DNA of 58,744 bases from Campylobacterota bacterium (lineage in GTDB: Bacteria > Campylobacterota > Campylobacteria > Campylobacterales > Sulfurimonadaceae). A program made the position numbers and the translations under genes. Position 1 is the stretch's first letter; every line of letters starts with the position of its first letter. The DNA lies in assembly GCA_034717975.1 (NCBI GenBank), contig JAYEMF010000138.1, positions 8,949-67,692 on the forward strand, in the 5' to 3' direction. The notes beneath the pieces are model-generated. The model was not told the DNA's origin. It was given only the letters and a program-made list of their open reading frames with translations, and made no database searches. Positions 37,125 through 47,264 of this stretch are shown here, one piece after another.

Positions 37125-37325
37125 AGTGATCGTCTCTGTTTTTTTGTTGCTATTTTATCTAAAATGTCTTAGAAGAGAGAAAGTTACCAAAAAAGGAGGC
37201 TTTAAAATTCAAAATTCAAAATTAACAATTAAAAATTATACAGTTTAAGTCTATGCCTAACTACTTTTGTGTATCATAAGTCAATTTTACGCCTGGATTC
37301 TCTGCCGGGCGATCAAGGTTGGTGA

Positions 37326-38090
37326 ATGGATTTAGGAACGGTCATTGGATTGGTGCTGATCCTGTCGTTGCTTTTTGGTGCAATGGCAATGGGTGTTGGT
37401 ATCGGGGCTTACATCGATATCCCATCAGTCCTGATCGTTATCGGTGGTTCGATCGGATCACTGCTCGTTGCGTTCCGCATGGAGCAGATGAAGAACTTTG
37501 TGAAGATCTTCATGATCGCCATCAAGCCTCCTCAGGAAGATTCGATGGAGCTGATCAAAAAACTGGTTGATTTTGCCACCCAGGCACGACGTGACGGCAT
37601 CTTGTCCCTTGAAGCGGCTGCCAACAACGAAGAGAATGAGTTCCTGAAAAAAGGGCTCTCTATGGCGGTTGACGGGAATGAACCGGACACCATTCGCGAT
37701 CTGCTTGAGATCGAGATGGAACAGACCAGTACACGCCATAAGGGCAATGCATCTATCTTCAGTACATGGGCCGGACTTGCCGGGGCGATGGGGATGATCG
37801 GTACGCTCATCGGTCTGGTCGCGATGCTGCTGAACATGGCAGACCCCAGTGCGATCGGACCTTCGATGGCGGTTGCCTTGCTGACCACGATGTATGGGGC
37901 GATGATCGGTAATATCTTCGGCGCACCGATTGCAAATATCCTGCTGATCCGAAACAGTGAAGAAGAGTTGTTAAAAGGGATGATTATCGAAGGGATCATG
38001 TCGATTCAGGCCGGTGACAATCCGCGTACACTTGAAGGCAAGCTTCTGAGTTACCTGAGTCCTGCCGATCGCGTCAGCCAGTTTGACTAG
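37326..38090 (+). CDS. motA: flagellar motor stator protein MotA
   Basis: 254 aa, 4 TM. MotA/ExbB-type C-terminal membrane region (MGMIGTLIGLVAMLLNM...ALLTTMYGAMIGNIFGAPIA). Confidence 0.85.
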   Translation: MDLGTVIGLVLILSLLFGAMAMGVGIGAYIDIPSVLIVIGGSIGSLLVAFRMEQMKNFVKIFMIAIKPPQEDSMELIKKLVDFATQARRDGILSLEAAANNEENEFLKKGLSMAVDGNEPDTIRDLLEIEMEQTSTRHKGNASIFSTWAGLAGAMGMIGTLIGLVAMLLNMADPSAIGPSMAVALLTTMYGAMIGNIFGAPIANILLIRNSEEELLKGMIIEGIMSIQAGDNPRTLEGKLLSYLSPADRVSQFD

Positions 38091-38098
38091 GGATCACG

Positions 38099-38878
38099 AT
38101 GGCTAAGAAAAAGTGTCCTGATTGTGAAGAGTGTCTGCCGGCGTGGCTTGCCGCGTTTGGCGACCTGATGAGCCTGCTGCTCTGTTTCTTCGTTCTCCTT
38201 CTCTCGATGTCCAGTATGGATGCCAAAAAGATCTCTGAAGCGATCGGTTCACTTGCCGGTGCGATGAGTGTCCTCGAAGGGGGAACCAAGACAGAGATCT
38301 CCAAACAGCGCATCCAGGAGTCCACGCCGATCGAATCACAAGACGAGACATCCGAACAGGTAAATCGTGTCAAGCAGGCCATTGCCGATGCCAACGAGAT
38401 GATGGATAAAGGCAAAGGCGAAAACATCTCACTTGAGGAGGCTCAGGACGGTTTTGTCATTCAGCTTCCGGCGTCGCTGCTCTTTAAAGTCGGCAGTGCG
38501 AAGATCGAGAGTCAGGATGCCCTTCTGTTCCTGAAACGTATCGCCCTGATCATCGATCAGCTTCCAAACGATGTCGATGTCAGTGTTCAGGGACATACGG
38601 ATGACCAGGCCCCGGGTAAGAACAGTCCCTATAAAGATAACTGGGAGCTCTCTTCCGCACGCGGGATATCGGTACTTCAAGAGCTGATTCTCGATGGTGT
38701 CTCTCCCAAGAGGGTCTCCGCTTCGGGTTATGGGATGTACCGCCCTCTTGCCACCAATGCCACGAAGCAGGGACGTGCCAAAAACCGCCGTGTGGAGCTG
38801 CACTTCTTTTCTGCCAAAGATGATAAAAAAACGGAAGTAAAATCGTCTATCCTCGATAAGCCAGCCGAGAGCAAATAG
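38099..38878 (+). CDS. motB: flagellar motor protein MotB (OmpA-like C-terminus)
   Basis: N-terminal plug/TM (WLAAFGDLMSLLLCFFVLLLSMS, conserved Asp) and an OmpA-like domain (GHTDDQAP...NWELSSARGISV...ASGYGMYRPLA...NRRVEL). Confidence 0.85.
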   Translation: MAKKKCPDCEECLPAWLAAFGDLMSLLLCFFVLLLSMSSMDAKKISEAIGSLAGAMSVLEGGTKTEISKQRIQESTPIESQDETSEQVNRVKQAIADANEMMDKGKGENISLEEAQDGFVIQLPASLLFKVGSAKIESQDALLFLKRIALIIDQLPNDVDVSVQGHTDDQAPGKNSPYKDNWELSSARGISVLQELILDGVSPKRVSASGYGMYRPLATNATKQGRAKNRRVELHFFSAKDDKKTEVKSSILDKPAESK

Positions 38879-39612
38879 TGCGATTTATCTGGTTATTTCT
38901 ACTGTTGGCAGCTTCCCTCGCAGCTGCTGAAACAGCGACCATTCCTACAATGAATTTTAATCTGGCTGCACCGGATTCTCCACAGCAGCTTGTCAGTTCG
39001 ATGAATGTCATACTTGTTCTGACCCTGCTTTTCCTGGCACCTAGCATGGTACTGGTGATGACGACCTTTACCCGTTTTGTTATTGTCTTTGGTTTCTTGC
39101 GCCAGGCCCTTGGAACACAGCAGGTTCCACCGACACAGGTGCTGGTGATGCTTGCACTGATCTTGACTATCTTTGTGATGGAGCCGGTAGGTACAAAGGC
39201 CTATCACGCAGGGATCAAACCCTATGTCGAAGAGCAGATAGACTACGAAGAAGCCTTTATAAAGACAGCTGAACCGTTCAAAAATTTCATGATTCGCAAC
39301 ACCCGCGAAAAGGATCTGGCACTTTTCTTCCGTATCAGAAAGATGGAAAATCCGCAGTCTATCAGTGATGTACCGATATCAGTCATCATTCCGGCTTTTA
39401 TCATTAGTGAGTTAAAGACAGCCTTTGAGATAGGTTTTCTGCTCTTCCTGCCTTTTCTGGTCATCGATATGGTCGTTGCCTCCATCTTGATGTCCATGGG
39501 TATGATGATGCTCCCGCCAGTCATGATCTCTCTGCCGTTTAAAATTCTTGTCTTTGTGCTTGTTGATGGATGGAATCTGCTGATTGGCAATCTGATCGCC
39601 AGTATCAAGTAG
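38878..39612 (+). CDS. fliP: flagellar type III export apparatus protein FliP
   Basis: Signal-like N-terminus, then LLTLLFLAPSMVLVMTTFTRFVIVFGFLRQALGTQQVPP and FLLFLPFLVIDMVVASILMSMGMMMLPP. GTG start overlaps the motB stop. Confidence 0.9.
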   Translation: MRFIWLFLLLAASLAAAETATIPTMNFNLAAPDSPQQLVSSMNVILVLTLLFLAPSMVLVMTTFTRFVIVFGFLRQALGTQQVPPTQVLVMLALILTIFVMEPVGTKAYHAGIKPYVEEQIDYEEAFIKTAEPFKNFMIRNTREKDLALFFRIRKMENPQSISDVPISVIIPAFIISELKTAFEIGFLLFLPFLVIDMVVASILMSMGMMMLPPVMISLPFKILVFVLVDGWNLLIGNLIASIK

Positions 39613-39626
39613 TGCCAATAGCTGCT

Positions 39627-40691
39627 TCAGATATGGTCGATAACTCTGTTACGTCCCTCTTCTTTGGCGGTATAGAGGAGGTTGTCGGCCCGTTGAACAA
39701 ACATATCCAGGGATTCTCCCGTTTTATATTGGGTTACACCAAAACTTGCTGTGACGGGTTCATTTAGCCCGAAGTCGTTCTCATTGAGTTTCATTCGAAG
39801 TTTTTCAGCAATTACTTTGGTATCATTGATTTTTGTCTGAGGCAGAATAATCATAAACTCTTCACCGCCCCAGCGGCCTATGAGATCGATTTCTCTTACA
39901 CTCTCATGCAGTAGTTTACTGACACCTTTAAGAATAACGTCACCGGTTATATGGCCATATTGGTCATTAATCTTTTTAAAGTAGTCGATATCGATCATAA
40001 TCAGTGAAAGTGGCTCACTGTTGCGTTGTGTACGGGAATACTCATACTCCAGTTTCTCATTAAGAGACATTCTGTTGGCAATGTTGGTAAGATGATCGGT
40101 ACGACTGAGATGCTCGAGTTGTTCATTTTTCTCCTGAAGTTTTTCACGTACCATTTTCTTGACTTTTTCATTGTGGTAGGTAAGGTAAAGAAAGAGTAAA
40201 AAGACCACTGTGGTCTGACGCAGTAAAACAAAATCGTATTTGAGCTCATAAATATCGATAGTGCCTGCAGCTGTGATGAAAACAAGTCCCGCCACATAAG
40301 CGATAAGACTTCGGGTAGCATCTTTTTGTTCCAGCAGAAGCATCGTAAAGAGCGGGATAAAGAGGATCCAAAGATGGCCTGTTCCTCCCAGACCGCCGGT
40401 AATGAAGATCACATAGGTCATAAAGTAGACAGAGTAGAGCAAAATTTTGCTGCTGAGTATATAGTTTTGATGTTGTCTCATCAGATAAAGATTGACAATC
40501 TGCAGCAGGCCAAAAAATGTCTCTATAGTCCCTAAAAGCACTTCTCCCTTTAACAGGTAGATGACACCGAAGGTAAAAAAGATCAGGGATGTGGCAATAG
40601 AGAAGTGAAAAAGAAGTTTTTGCGTGGCAAGATCAGACATAATCAGAGTATCTGTATTGCCAATAGAAGTTTGCTGAGATTTATCACTCAT
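39627..40691 (-). CDS. polytopic-membrane GGDEF diguanylate cyclase
   Basis: About 170 aa of TM helices (5-6), a coiled linker, then GGDEF with REIDLIGRWGGEEF. Confidence 0.8.
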   Translation of the reverse strand: MSDKSQQTSIGNTDTLIMSDLATQKLLFHFSIATSLIFFTFGVIYLLKGEVLLGTIETFFGLLQIVNLYLMRQHQNYILSSKILLYSVYFMTYVIFITGGLGGTGHLWILFIPLFTMLLLEQKDATRSLIAYVAGLVFITAAGTIDIYELKYDFVLLRQTTVVFLLFLYLTYHNEKVKKMVREKLQEKNEQLEHLSRTDHLTNIANRMSLNEKLEYEYSRTQRNSEPLSLIMIDIDYFKKINDQYGHITGDVILKGVSKLLHESVREIDLIGRWGGEEFMIILPQTKINDTKVIAEKLRMKLNENDFGLNEPVTASFGVTQYKTGESLDMFVQRADNLLYTAKEEGRNRVIDHI

Positions 40692-40750
40692 AACACTGTC
40701 TTCCTAGATATAATAGAATAAATTCTTATACCATTATATCACACTTAGTG

Positions 40751-42415
40751 TTAGATTTTGGAAACCACCTTGTTCCGGCCTCCCTCTTTTGCCTCGTACA
40801 TTGCCCTGTCAACACGGTTAAGCAGATCTTCTGCTGATTCGTTTGTATGGAATTTTGTGACGCCTAAACTGATCGTGAAGTGTGGGATATCCTCTTGAGT
40901 ATATGCTTCAATGGATGAACGAAGCATTTCCGCTTTGACTTCAGCCTGTTCAATATCTGAGTGAGGGAGTAAAATGATAAACTCTTCGCCACCCCAGCGC
41001 ACGACAATATCCTGGTCACGGACATGTTCCTTGATATAGTCGGCCAGTGTTGTCAGTACCGCATCACCTACCGCATGTCCATGGGTGTCATTGATCTCTT
41101 TGAAGTGGTCGATGTCGAACATAATGGTGGACAAAGGATGGCTGTAACGGTTGGCACGGTCGATCTCCTGCTGAAGCAGCTGGGTGAATTTCCGCCGGTT
41201 GTAAAGGTGGGTAAGCGGATCATAGGCAGCCTGATCTTCAAACGCCTTGGACTCTTCGGCAAGAAGCGTGATGTCGCTCATGGAAATGACAAAGTAATCC
41301 TCATTAAGATCATAGGTGTTTATAGTGACATTAAAGGTGTGTTCCAGACCCTCCTGATCGGCAAGTGTAACTATTCTGTCAATTTCATCGAGCTCCATGA
41401 TCTGGAACGCCCAGAATACTTTCTGGTTGTTGACGGTCGGGGTAAATGAACCACATCTGTCTATGAAAGAGTCACATATGCAGGCTTTGCGTTCCAAAAC
41501 GGCATTGACTGTCTCTTTTGAGAAGAAACGTTCAAAGGCACTGTTAAAGCTTAGAAGATGATGCCCGTCGGTTACCATGATGATACTGCTTTGTGAGTTG
41601 AGCACGGCCCGAAGTTCATCCGTTTTCAGTTTAACCTCTTCTTCGAGCTGCTGGTTAAAGGTTTCAATTTTTGCCTGTTTTGCTTCAAGGTCTTTATTTA
41701 AGAGCGTGATAGATAATTTTTGTATTAACTGTTTTTGAAAGATCACGATCAAAATGAGGATAATGGCGGCAAAAAGAAGCATAATATAGATGGTACGCTG
41801 CCGGGCATCTATATATGCGGCATCAATCGTTTCTGTTGAGAGGGTAATGCTGATCGCACCGCGGATATCACCCAGTGTATACCCCTGCTGCTTATGACAT
41901 GCAAGACATGATTGTGCAGTCACCATTGCTCCGGCAAAACGAAGCTGCTGTTTATCCGGAAAACGTTTATAGTGATGCTTTGAATCCCTGTCTTTTTCAA
42001 AAAGAGTAAGGGCCTCTGTTTCAAAAGCATCTGGTACGTTAATCGGATTGGTGGGGTCCAGACTGGTCAGGCGAAAGGAGTACCCCTCTATGGAGGAGAT
42101 CTCAGAGAGCTGGCGGGTCATCCAGGCCGGATTGATCTTGATAAGGGTCAGGTTCTCATCGACTTTTAAGGTGTTGTTCGGGAGGTAAGGGTTGGGAGTT
42201 ATGCCATCTGCCGGCTTGACATAGACACCTCCGAAGTGTGCATTCCATTTACGGGTGTTGATGATATCGTCATAATGTAAAATAGCCTCTTGGATCAGGG
42301 CCGCTTCACTGTCTTTTTCTGTCTGTTTGAGGTTGTTCAATAAAATAGTTACAACAAAGCTGGTTAATATTAGGAGGAACAATAAAAAAAGCCAGAAAGA
42401 ACGCTCTTTAATCAC
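40751..42415 (-). CDS. periplasmic heme-c-motif sensor (DUF3365/Tll0287-like) - PAS - GGDEF diguanylate cyclase
   Basis: TM, a roughly 190-aa periplasmic region containing CLACH (CxxCH), a second TM, coiled coil, a PAS-like region, and GGDEF with RDQDIVVRWGGEEF. GTG start. Confidence 0.8.
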   Translation of the reverse strand: MIKERSFWLFLLFLLILTSFVVTILLNNLKQTEKDSEAALIQEAILHYDDIINTRKWNAHFGGVYVKPADGITPNPYLPNNTLKVDENLTLIKINPAWMTRQLSEISSIEGYSFRLTSLDPTNPINVPDAFETEALTLFEKDRDSKHHYKRFPDKQQLRFAGAMVTAQSCLACHKQQGYTLGDIRGAISITLSTETIDAAYIDARQRTIYIMLLFAAIILILIVIFQKQLIQKLSITLLNKDLEAKQAKIETFNQQLEEEVKLKTDELRAVLNSQSSIIMVTDGHHLLSFNSAFERFFSKETVNAVLERKACICDSFIDRCGSFTPTVNNQKVFWAFQIMELDEIDRIVTLADQEGLEHTFNVTINTYDLNEDYFVISMSDITLLAEESKAFEDQAAYDPLTHLYNRRKFTQLLQQEIDRANRYSHPLSTIMFDIDHFKEINDTHGHAVGDAVLTTLADYIKEHVRDQDIVVRWGGEEFIILLPHSDIEQAEVKAEMLRSSIEAYTQEDIPHFTISLGVTKFHTNESAEDLLNRVDRAMYEAKEGGRNKVVSKI

Positions 42416-42558
42416 TTTTCCTTACCTTTGCTTAATGGAATTTTATTTTTGATAATTTCTGATGAATTATATCATACCTCTCCGCTGAAAGGTGGCAGCC
42501 AAAGCTTTGCCTCATGCTAAATCAAAACTAAGATTTATATAAAATAGCGCATGCCGTC

Positions 42559-42578
42559 ATTCCTGCCTTCGCAGGAAT
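42559..42578. repeat. REP-like palindrome ATTCCTGCCTTCGCAGGAAT (copy 2), centre of a larger imperfect palindrome
   Basis: The extended stem is GTCATTCCTGC-cttc-GCAGGAATGAC (42556-42581). Flanking sequences AAATCAAAACT and GAGTTTTGAATT are also inverted. GCTTTGCCT occurs as a direct repeat on both sides. Confidence 0.8.
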
Positions 42579-42814
42579 GACTGAGCGTACACCTTAAACT
42601 GAGGTGAGTTTTGAATTACCATGGCTTTGCCTGCATCTAAACGTTGATGACAATATAAGAAAAAGTGTTTAAGTATAGGTCAATAATGCTGAATACCTTA
42701 AAAAAAACAGTAATTATTGAAACTTAAGAAAAAATTTAACCTTTATTGATGTAGAATATATTCAAGTATCGAATATCCGTGTCAGAAAGTGTAATACTTC
42801 AGGAGGCTGGGAAG

Positions 42815-44176
42815 ATGGTCAATATTCTGGTTATCGAAAATGCGGAAGAAAACAGATGCGCATTGCAAGAAGCGCTAGAGCATTTTGACAATCTGAAGAT
42901 TGTATCCGTAAATAGTTACGAAGAAGCAGTTGAACTGAGCAAAGAGCACTATTTCGAACTTGTCTTCTTCGATGTTTCCTGTATAGATAAGGTCTGTTTT
43001 GAAACTATCAGAACCCTTAAAGCACTTAATGTCGAGATGATAATCATCGCTTTTAACAGTGAACATGATCCTGAGACCGAGCAAACCATCCTCTCCCTGG
43101 GTGCAAAAGACTATATCAATAAATTTATCGATGTCGATCTCATGGCTCAGCGGCTTGAAAACTATCTTGAAATCATTCAGCTCAAAAAGCAGCAACTTTT
43201 TAATACCGAAGCGGTCAACCTCTTCAATAAAAATATTTTTCAGCGTATGACCACCTTCAATCTTGATTCTCATACCGGTATAGTCGAGTTTTGGGACTAT
43301 TTTATGGAAGACCACATTGAAACGTATGAATATTTGAAAGAATCCATAGGTATTTTGTATGCTTTTTCCAGCTGGCTTTTTAAAAGTCATCATGAGTGTC
43401 AGGTTATTCAAGAGCTGGATCACTCAGCTCTCTATCTGACAATGACGCCGATCGATACGCTTAGTGATAAAGTAATTGACGATATCTTCCGCAAATATGA
43501 CGGAAATGTGGCTTATCTGAAACAGGATAACAAACTCTCGTTAAAACTGAACAAGATCGGCGTTGAAGCAGCTATGGAAACGGCCGATGAAGCAGAGATT
43601 GAAACGGTTGTTGAAACGGTTAGTCCGGATATAAGTGAAAAGCCCTCCGAAGAGCTACTCGAAATCGATGATGAAACGCAAAAAATACTGGGAAAAACCC
43701 ATTTTAACAAGATCAGTGCTGCTGAATTTGTGGAGATGACGGCTATCTCCTACATGAGCAAGATCGACTCATTGATAGAGATAGAGGATCAGATCGATGA
43801 AGCGCTGATCAGCTTTGAAGATGAACCGAGTACTGAAAAGACGCATCTTATTTCCGAGGCGTTCATGCGTTATGTCGAAGTGATCAAACTGCTTGTTGAG
43901 TTTGACCATCTTGTCTTTGCCATCATGACCCTTGCCAGTGCGATCGACGGGATTACAGAAGAGAAGTTGACCCCGAAAGAGATTAAGAAGTTTACGACGC
44001 TGGCACTGCATCTTATAAACGACCTGAGCAGCTGGCGTGACAATATATTTATCAAGCAGGAGGCAAATGATATTCACTATCTTGACTCTTCGCTGCTGAG
44101 TTCATGCCTGCAGATCGAGAGCATTTTCGCAGACAAAAAAATTGAAGAGGAGGAAGACGATTTTGAACTCTTTTAA
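42815..44176 (+). CDS. acidic protein with N-terminal (partly degenerate) receiver domain and uncharacterised C-terminal 330 aa; ChePep-like architecture
   Basis: REC-like fold with EN in place of the DD pair (LVIENAE), the phospho-Asp position kept (LVFFDVS), and K kept (GAKDYINKF). The rest is E/D-rich with a helical C-terminus. I chose ATG 42815 as start (AGGAGG 8 nt upstream). The track start is GTG 42779. Confidence 0.6.
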   Translation: MVNILVIENAEENRCALQEALEHFDNLKIVSVNSYEEAVELSKEHYFELVFFDVSCIDKVCFETIRTLKALNVEMIIIAFNSEHDPETEQTILSLGAKDYINKFIDVDLMAQRLENYLEIIQLKKQQLFNTEAVNLFNKNIFQRMTTFNLDSHTGIVEFWDYFMEDHIETYEYLKESIGILYAFSSWLFKSHHECQVIQELDHSALYLTMTPIDTLSDKVIDDIFRKYDGNVAYLKQDNKLSLKLNKIGVEAAMETADEAEIETVVETVSPDISEKPSEELLEIDDETQKILGKTHFNKISAAEFVEMTAISYMSKIDSLIEIEDQIDEALISFEDEPSTEKTHLISEAFMRYVEVIKLLVEFDHLVFAIMTLASAIDGITEEKLTPKEIKKFTTLALHLINDLSSWRDNIFIKQEANDIHYLDSSLLSSCLQIESIFADKKIEEEEDDFELF

Positions 44177-44373
44177 GAAAAGTAGATATAGGATGTTTCC
44201 CGGATACCTGCACTTAATTTACATAGTTCCTCCATTTTATTTTTCTATAATCTCAAAAAGTTGTTCAAATATACCTATTAGAGTGTCAACGCTTCTGTCT
44301 GTGCTTAAAAAGAGGGTATTAACGTTGATTTTATTAGTAACAGATTTTAATTTCATGAAAAAGGAGAGGAGTT

Positions 44374-44760
44374 TTGGCTAAGAAAATAATTTTAGTGGAT
44401 GATTCGAAGACAATCCTGGCTACGGCCGAGATGGCATTGGAGGATCTTGTTGCTGATGGAACGATTACGTTGACAACGTATCTCAATCCGGCAGAGTTGC
44501 GTGATGCACTGATCGGCGGCAGTGAAGATTTTGATCTGCTGATCAGTGATATCAATATGCCACAGCTAAACGGCCTTGATCTTGCTACCGAACTGAAACA
44601 GAATGATGGATTTAAAAACAAACCTATCCTTATCCTGACGACGGAGAGTTCGGCGGAGATGAAAGCCAAAGGCAAAGAGATCGGGGTTACGGGATGGCTG
44701 GTCAAGCCCTTCAGTGACGAAAAACTGGTCAAAGCCATGAAGATGGTGTTAGGAATCTAA
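44374..44760 (+). CDS. cheY: chemotaxis response regulator CheY
   Basis: 128-aa single REC domain: LVDDS, LLISDINMP, ILILTTES, LVKPF. TTG start with AGGAGAGGAG SD. Confidence 0.85.
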   Translation: MAKKIILVDDSKTILATAEMALEDLVADGTITLTTYLNPAELRDALIGGSEDFDLLISDINMPQLNGLDLATELKQNDGFKNKPILILTTESSAEMKAKGKEIGVTGWLVKPFSDEKLVKAMKMVLGI

Positions 44761-44761
44761 G

Positions 44762-45274
44762 ATGGATGAGACAAAGAAAACAGAAGAGCTCACCACGGCA
44801 AACAGGTACTTGACCTTTTTTGTCGAAGATGAGCAGTATGGGATAGATATCTCTAAAATAAAAGAGATCATAGCTGCGATGCATATTACCCATATTCCAA
44901 AGACACCGGATTTCGTCAAAGGGGTGATCAACCTGCGCGGTTCGATTATCCCGGTGGTAGATATCCGGTTGAAATTCGGAATGCCTGAACGTGAGATCGA
45001 TATGAACACGGCGATCATCATCTATGAGGTGGACAAGGTCTCTATCGGTTTTATTGTCGATCAGGTCGAAGATGTGCTTTCGTTAGATAAAGAGCATATT
45101 TCTGAAGCCCCCCATTTTGGCAGCAGTATCGATACCTCCTTTATCGAGAATGTGGCGGAAGTAGATAATGACGTCATTATGCTTCTGAACCTGGAGAAGA
45201 TCTTTGAGGCGGAAGAGTTGCTGGATATCAGTAAATTGGAACGTGAAGAAAAACAGAAAGAAGAGGTGGACTAA
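44762..45274 (+). CDS. cheW: chemotaxis coupling protein CheW
   Basis: [21 protein letters not shown]...[21 protein letters not shown]...[11 protein letters not shown]. Begins 1 nt after the cheY stop. Confidence 0.9.
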   Translation: MDETKKTEELTTANRYLTFFVEDEQYGIDISKIKEIIAAMHITHIPKTPDFVKGVINLRGSIIPVVDIRLKFGMPEREIDMNTAIIIYEVDKVSIGFIVDQVEDVLSLDKEHISEAPHFGSSIDTSFIENVAEVDNDVIMLLNLEKIFEAEELLDISKLEREEKQKEEVD

Positions 45275-45275
45275 G

Positions 45276-47264
45276 ATGAAAATGACAATCAAAAAACAGT
45301 TGATTATTGCACTGCTGTTAGTAGGGATTACACCGTTTGTGATCATGGGTATCAGTTCGTATACGAAAGCCAGCGGGGCGCTGGACCATGAAGCACATTC
45401 CAAGCTGGAGATGGCGCGCGACCTGAAAAAAGCGCAGCTGGAGAACTATGTCAAGTTTATCGACGGTTCTATCGGTATGCTGGGGCAGAGCGCCGATGTC
45501 AACAATATGTTTTCGGAACTGCTCCGTCTGCACAATAAACATCATGTAGGGGCGAATGAGCCGTTTCATATTACCGAAGAACCGGAAGTACAGGAACTCT
45601 ATAGACAATACGACAGTTATTTCAAGGCATTCCTGGACAAATACGGCCTTTATGATCTCTTCATGATCTGTAAACCGCACGGCCATGTCATGTATACGTC
45701 TGCCCGTGAGTCTGACCTCGGAGAAAACCTGAAGGTGGGTCAACTGCGTGACAGCGGTCTGGCTGAAATACATAGAGAGGTGGTTTCCCAGCGCAAGACG
45801 GTCTTTGTAGATATGCGCCCTTATGCGCCAAGCGGTGGAGCACCGGCTATGTTTATGGGTACGCCTATTACCGATAAAGACGGAAATATGAAGGGCGTAG
45901 TAGCCGTCCAGCTCAGCGAGAAGTCTGTTAACGAGATTATGCAGAACCGTGCGGGTATGGGAGAGACGGGTGAGACCTATCTGGTGGGATCTGACAAGCT
46001 GATGCGTTCGGACAGTTTCCTTGATCCGACGAACCACTCGATCGAAGCATCGTTTAAAAATCCTTCATCCGGATCGGTCAACACTGATGCAGTCAATGCG
46101 GCACTCTCAGGTAAATCAGGGACGGAAATCGTTACTGATTACAAGGGCCATCAGGTCCTCTCTTCTTACACGCAGATTGACTTTTTCGGTGTTCACTGGG
46201 CACTGCTCGCAGAGGAGGACGAGTCAGAAGTCTTTGGACCGGTCTATGAACTGCGTAACAATGCAGTGGTGATGGGACTGATATTTCTTGGGTTGATCAT
46301 CGCCATCGCGCTCTTTCTTGGGCGTTTCATCTCCAAGCCGATCATTACGGCTGTCGTCTCGATCATGGAGTCTAACGACCAGGTGGTCAGTGCATCGACA
46401 GAGATCGCTGACTCGGCTACGGGTCTGGCTGAGGGTGCAAGTGAACAGGCAAGCAGTGTGGAGCAGGTGAGTGCCACCGTTGAAGAGTCTACCGCCATCA
46501 ACACGCAGAATTCCAGCAACTCCCGTGAAGCGGATATTTTGGCCAAAGATGCGAAAGCCTCTGCCGAAGATGGCGCCGTCAAAGGTGATGAACTTATCAG
46601 TGCTATGGATGAGATCAACAGCTCAAGCGAGCGTATCTCTAAAATTATCAAGACGATCGACGAGATCGCTTCACAGACAAAACTGCTTGCCCTCAATGCG
46701 GCGGTCGAAGCAGCGCGTGCAGGTGAACATGGACTTGGTTTCGCGGTGGTCGCCGATGAAGTCAAAAGTCTGGCACAGCGTTCGTCTGATGCGTCTACCG
46801 AAACTGCCAGTATTATTGAGGAGTCGATCTCCCAGACCAAAAAAGGGTCTGAGATCGCTCAACTTACTTCACAGTCTTTCCAGGATATTCTGGAGCGCAT
46901 CAATAAAACTTCCAACCTCATTGGTGAGATCTCTATCTCTGCCAAAGAGCAGAGTGAAGGGATGAACCAGATCGCTACTGCCATGGGTGAGATCGATCAG
47001 GTCACTCAACAGAATGCGGCGACCAGTGAAGAGGCTGCTGCTGCAGCCGAAGAGCTTAATGCGCAGGCAGTCTCGATGAAAGAGACGGTAAATGTCATCG
47101 CTGCCATGGTTGGTGAGGCAACGAATGCGACAACGGCATCGAACCCGTCACAAAGCAGGGCACAGACACGACGTGCACCGCGTCCGGCAAGAGCTGCTGC
47201 TCCGGCACAGAAAAGTGCCGATGATGTCTTTCCTCTGGATGAAGAGGATCTCAAGGAGTTCTAG
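45276..47264 (+). CDS. methyl-accepting chemotaxis protein with double-Cache-like periplasmic sensor
   Basis: TM, a roughly 290-aa periplasmic region, a second TM, and the MCP hairpin [43 protein letters not shown]. It has an Ala/Pro/Arg-rich tail ending DEEDLKEF. I moved the start to ATG 45276 (1 nt after the cheW stop). Confidence 0.9.
   Translation: MKMTIKKQLIIALLLVGITPFVIMGISSYTKASGALDHEAHSKLEMARDLKKAQLENYVKFIDGSIGMLGQSADVNNMFSELLRLHNKHHVGANEPFHITEEPEVQELYRQYDSYFKAFLDKYGLYDLFMICKPHGHVMYTSARESDLGENLKVGQLRDSGLAEIHREVVSQRKTVFVDMRPYAPSGGAPAMFMGTPITDKDGNMKGVVAVQLSEKSVNEIMQNRAGMGETGETYLVGSDKLMRSDSFLDPTNHSIEASFKNPSSGSVNTDAVNAALSGKSGTEIVTDYKGHQVLSSYTQIDFFGVHWALLAEEDESEVFGPVYELRNNAVVMGLIFLGLIIAIALFLGRFISKPIITAVVSIMESNDQVVSASTEIADSATGLAEGASEQASSVEQVSATVEESTAINTQNSSNSREADILAKDAKASAEDGAVKGDELISAMDEINSSSERISKIIKTIDEIASQTKLLALNAAVEAARAGEHGLGFAVVADEVKSLAQRSSDASTETASIIEESISQTKKGSEIAQLTSQSFQDILERINKTSNLIGEISISAKEQSEGMNQIATAMGEIDQVTQQNAATSEEAAAAAEELNAQAVSMKETVNVIAAMVGEATNATTASNPSQSRAQTRRAPRPARAAAPAQKSADDVFPLDEEDLKEF

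Noticed and set aside
37204-37238. Five tandem heptamers AAAATTC AAAATTC AAAATTA ACAATTA AAAATTA upstream of motA.
   Set aside because: Only two units are identical, and the 7-bp period does not match helical phasing for DNA bending. It is probably just an AT-rich upstream region. I could not find a convincing sigma-28 or sigma-54 promoter pattern next to it.
46244-46840. Long antisense or alternative-frame ORFs inside well-supported genes. Examples: 46244..46840(-), 45318..46037(-) and 47006..47254(-) in the MCP; 47461..48114(-) in cheA; 49848..50426(-) in cheR; 1424..1987(-) in tlyA; 9609..10085(-) in gatB; 36111..36725(+) in glmU; 30292..30957(-) in htpG; 42875..43423(-) in the REC protein; 6197..6589(+) and 6617..7123(+) in the Cache-GGDEF gene.
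   Set aside because: Each is fully contained in a gene with clear family motifs on the other strand or frame. Their translations are low-complexity (Ser/Ala/Arg-rich) with no recognisable motifs. This is typical of shadow ORFs.
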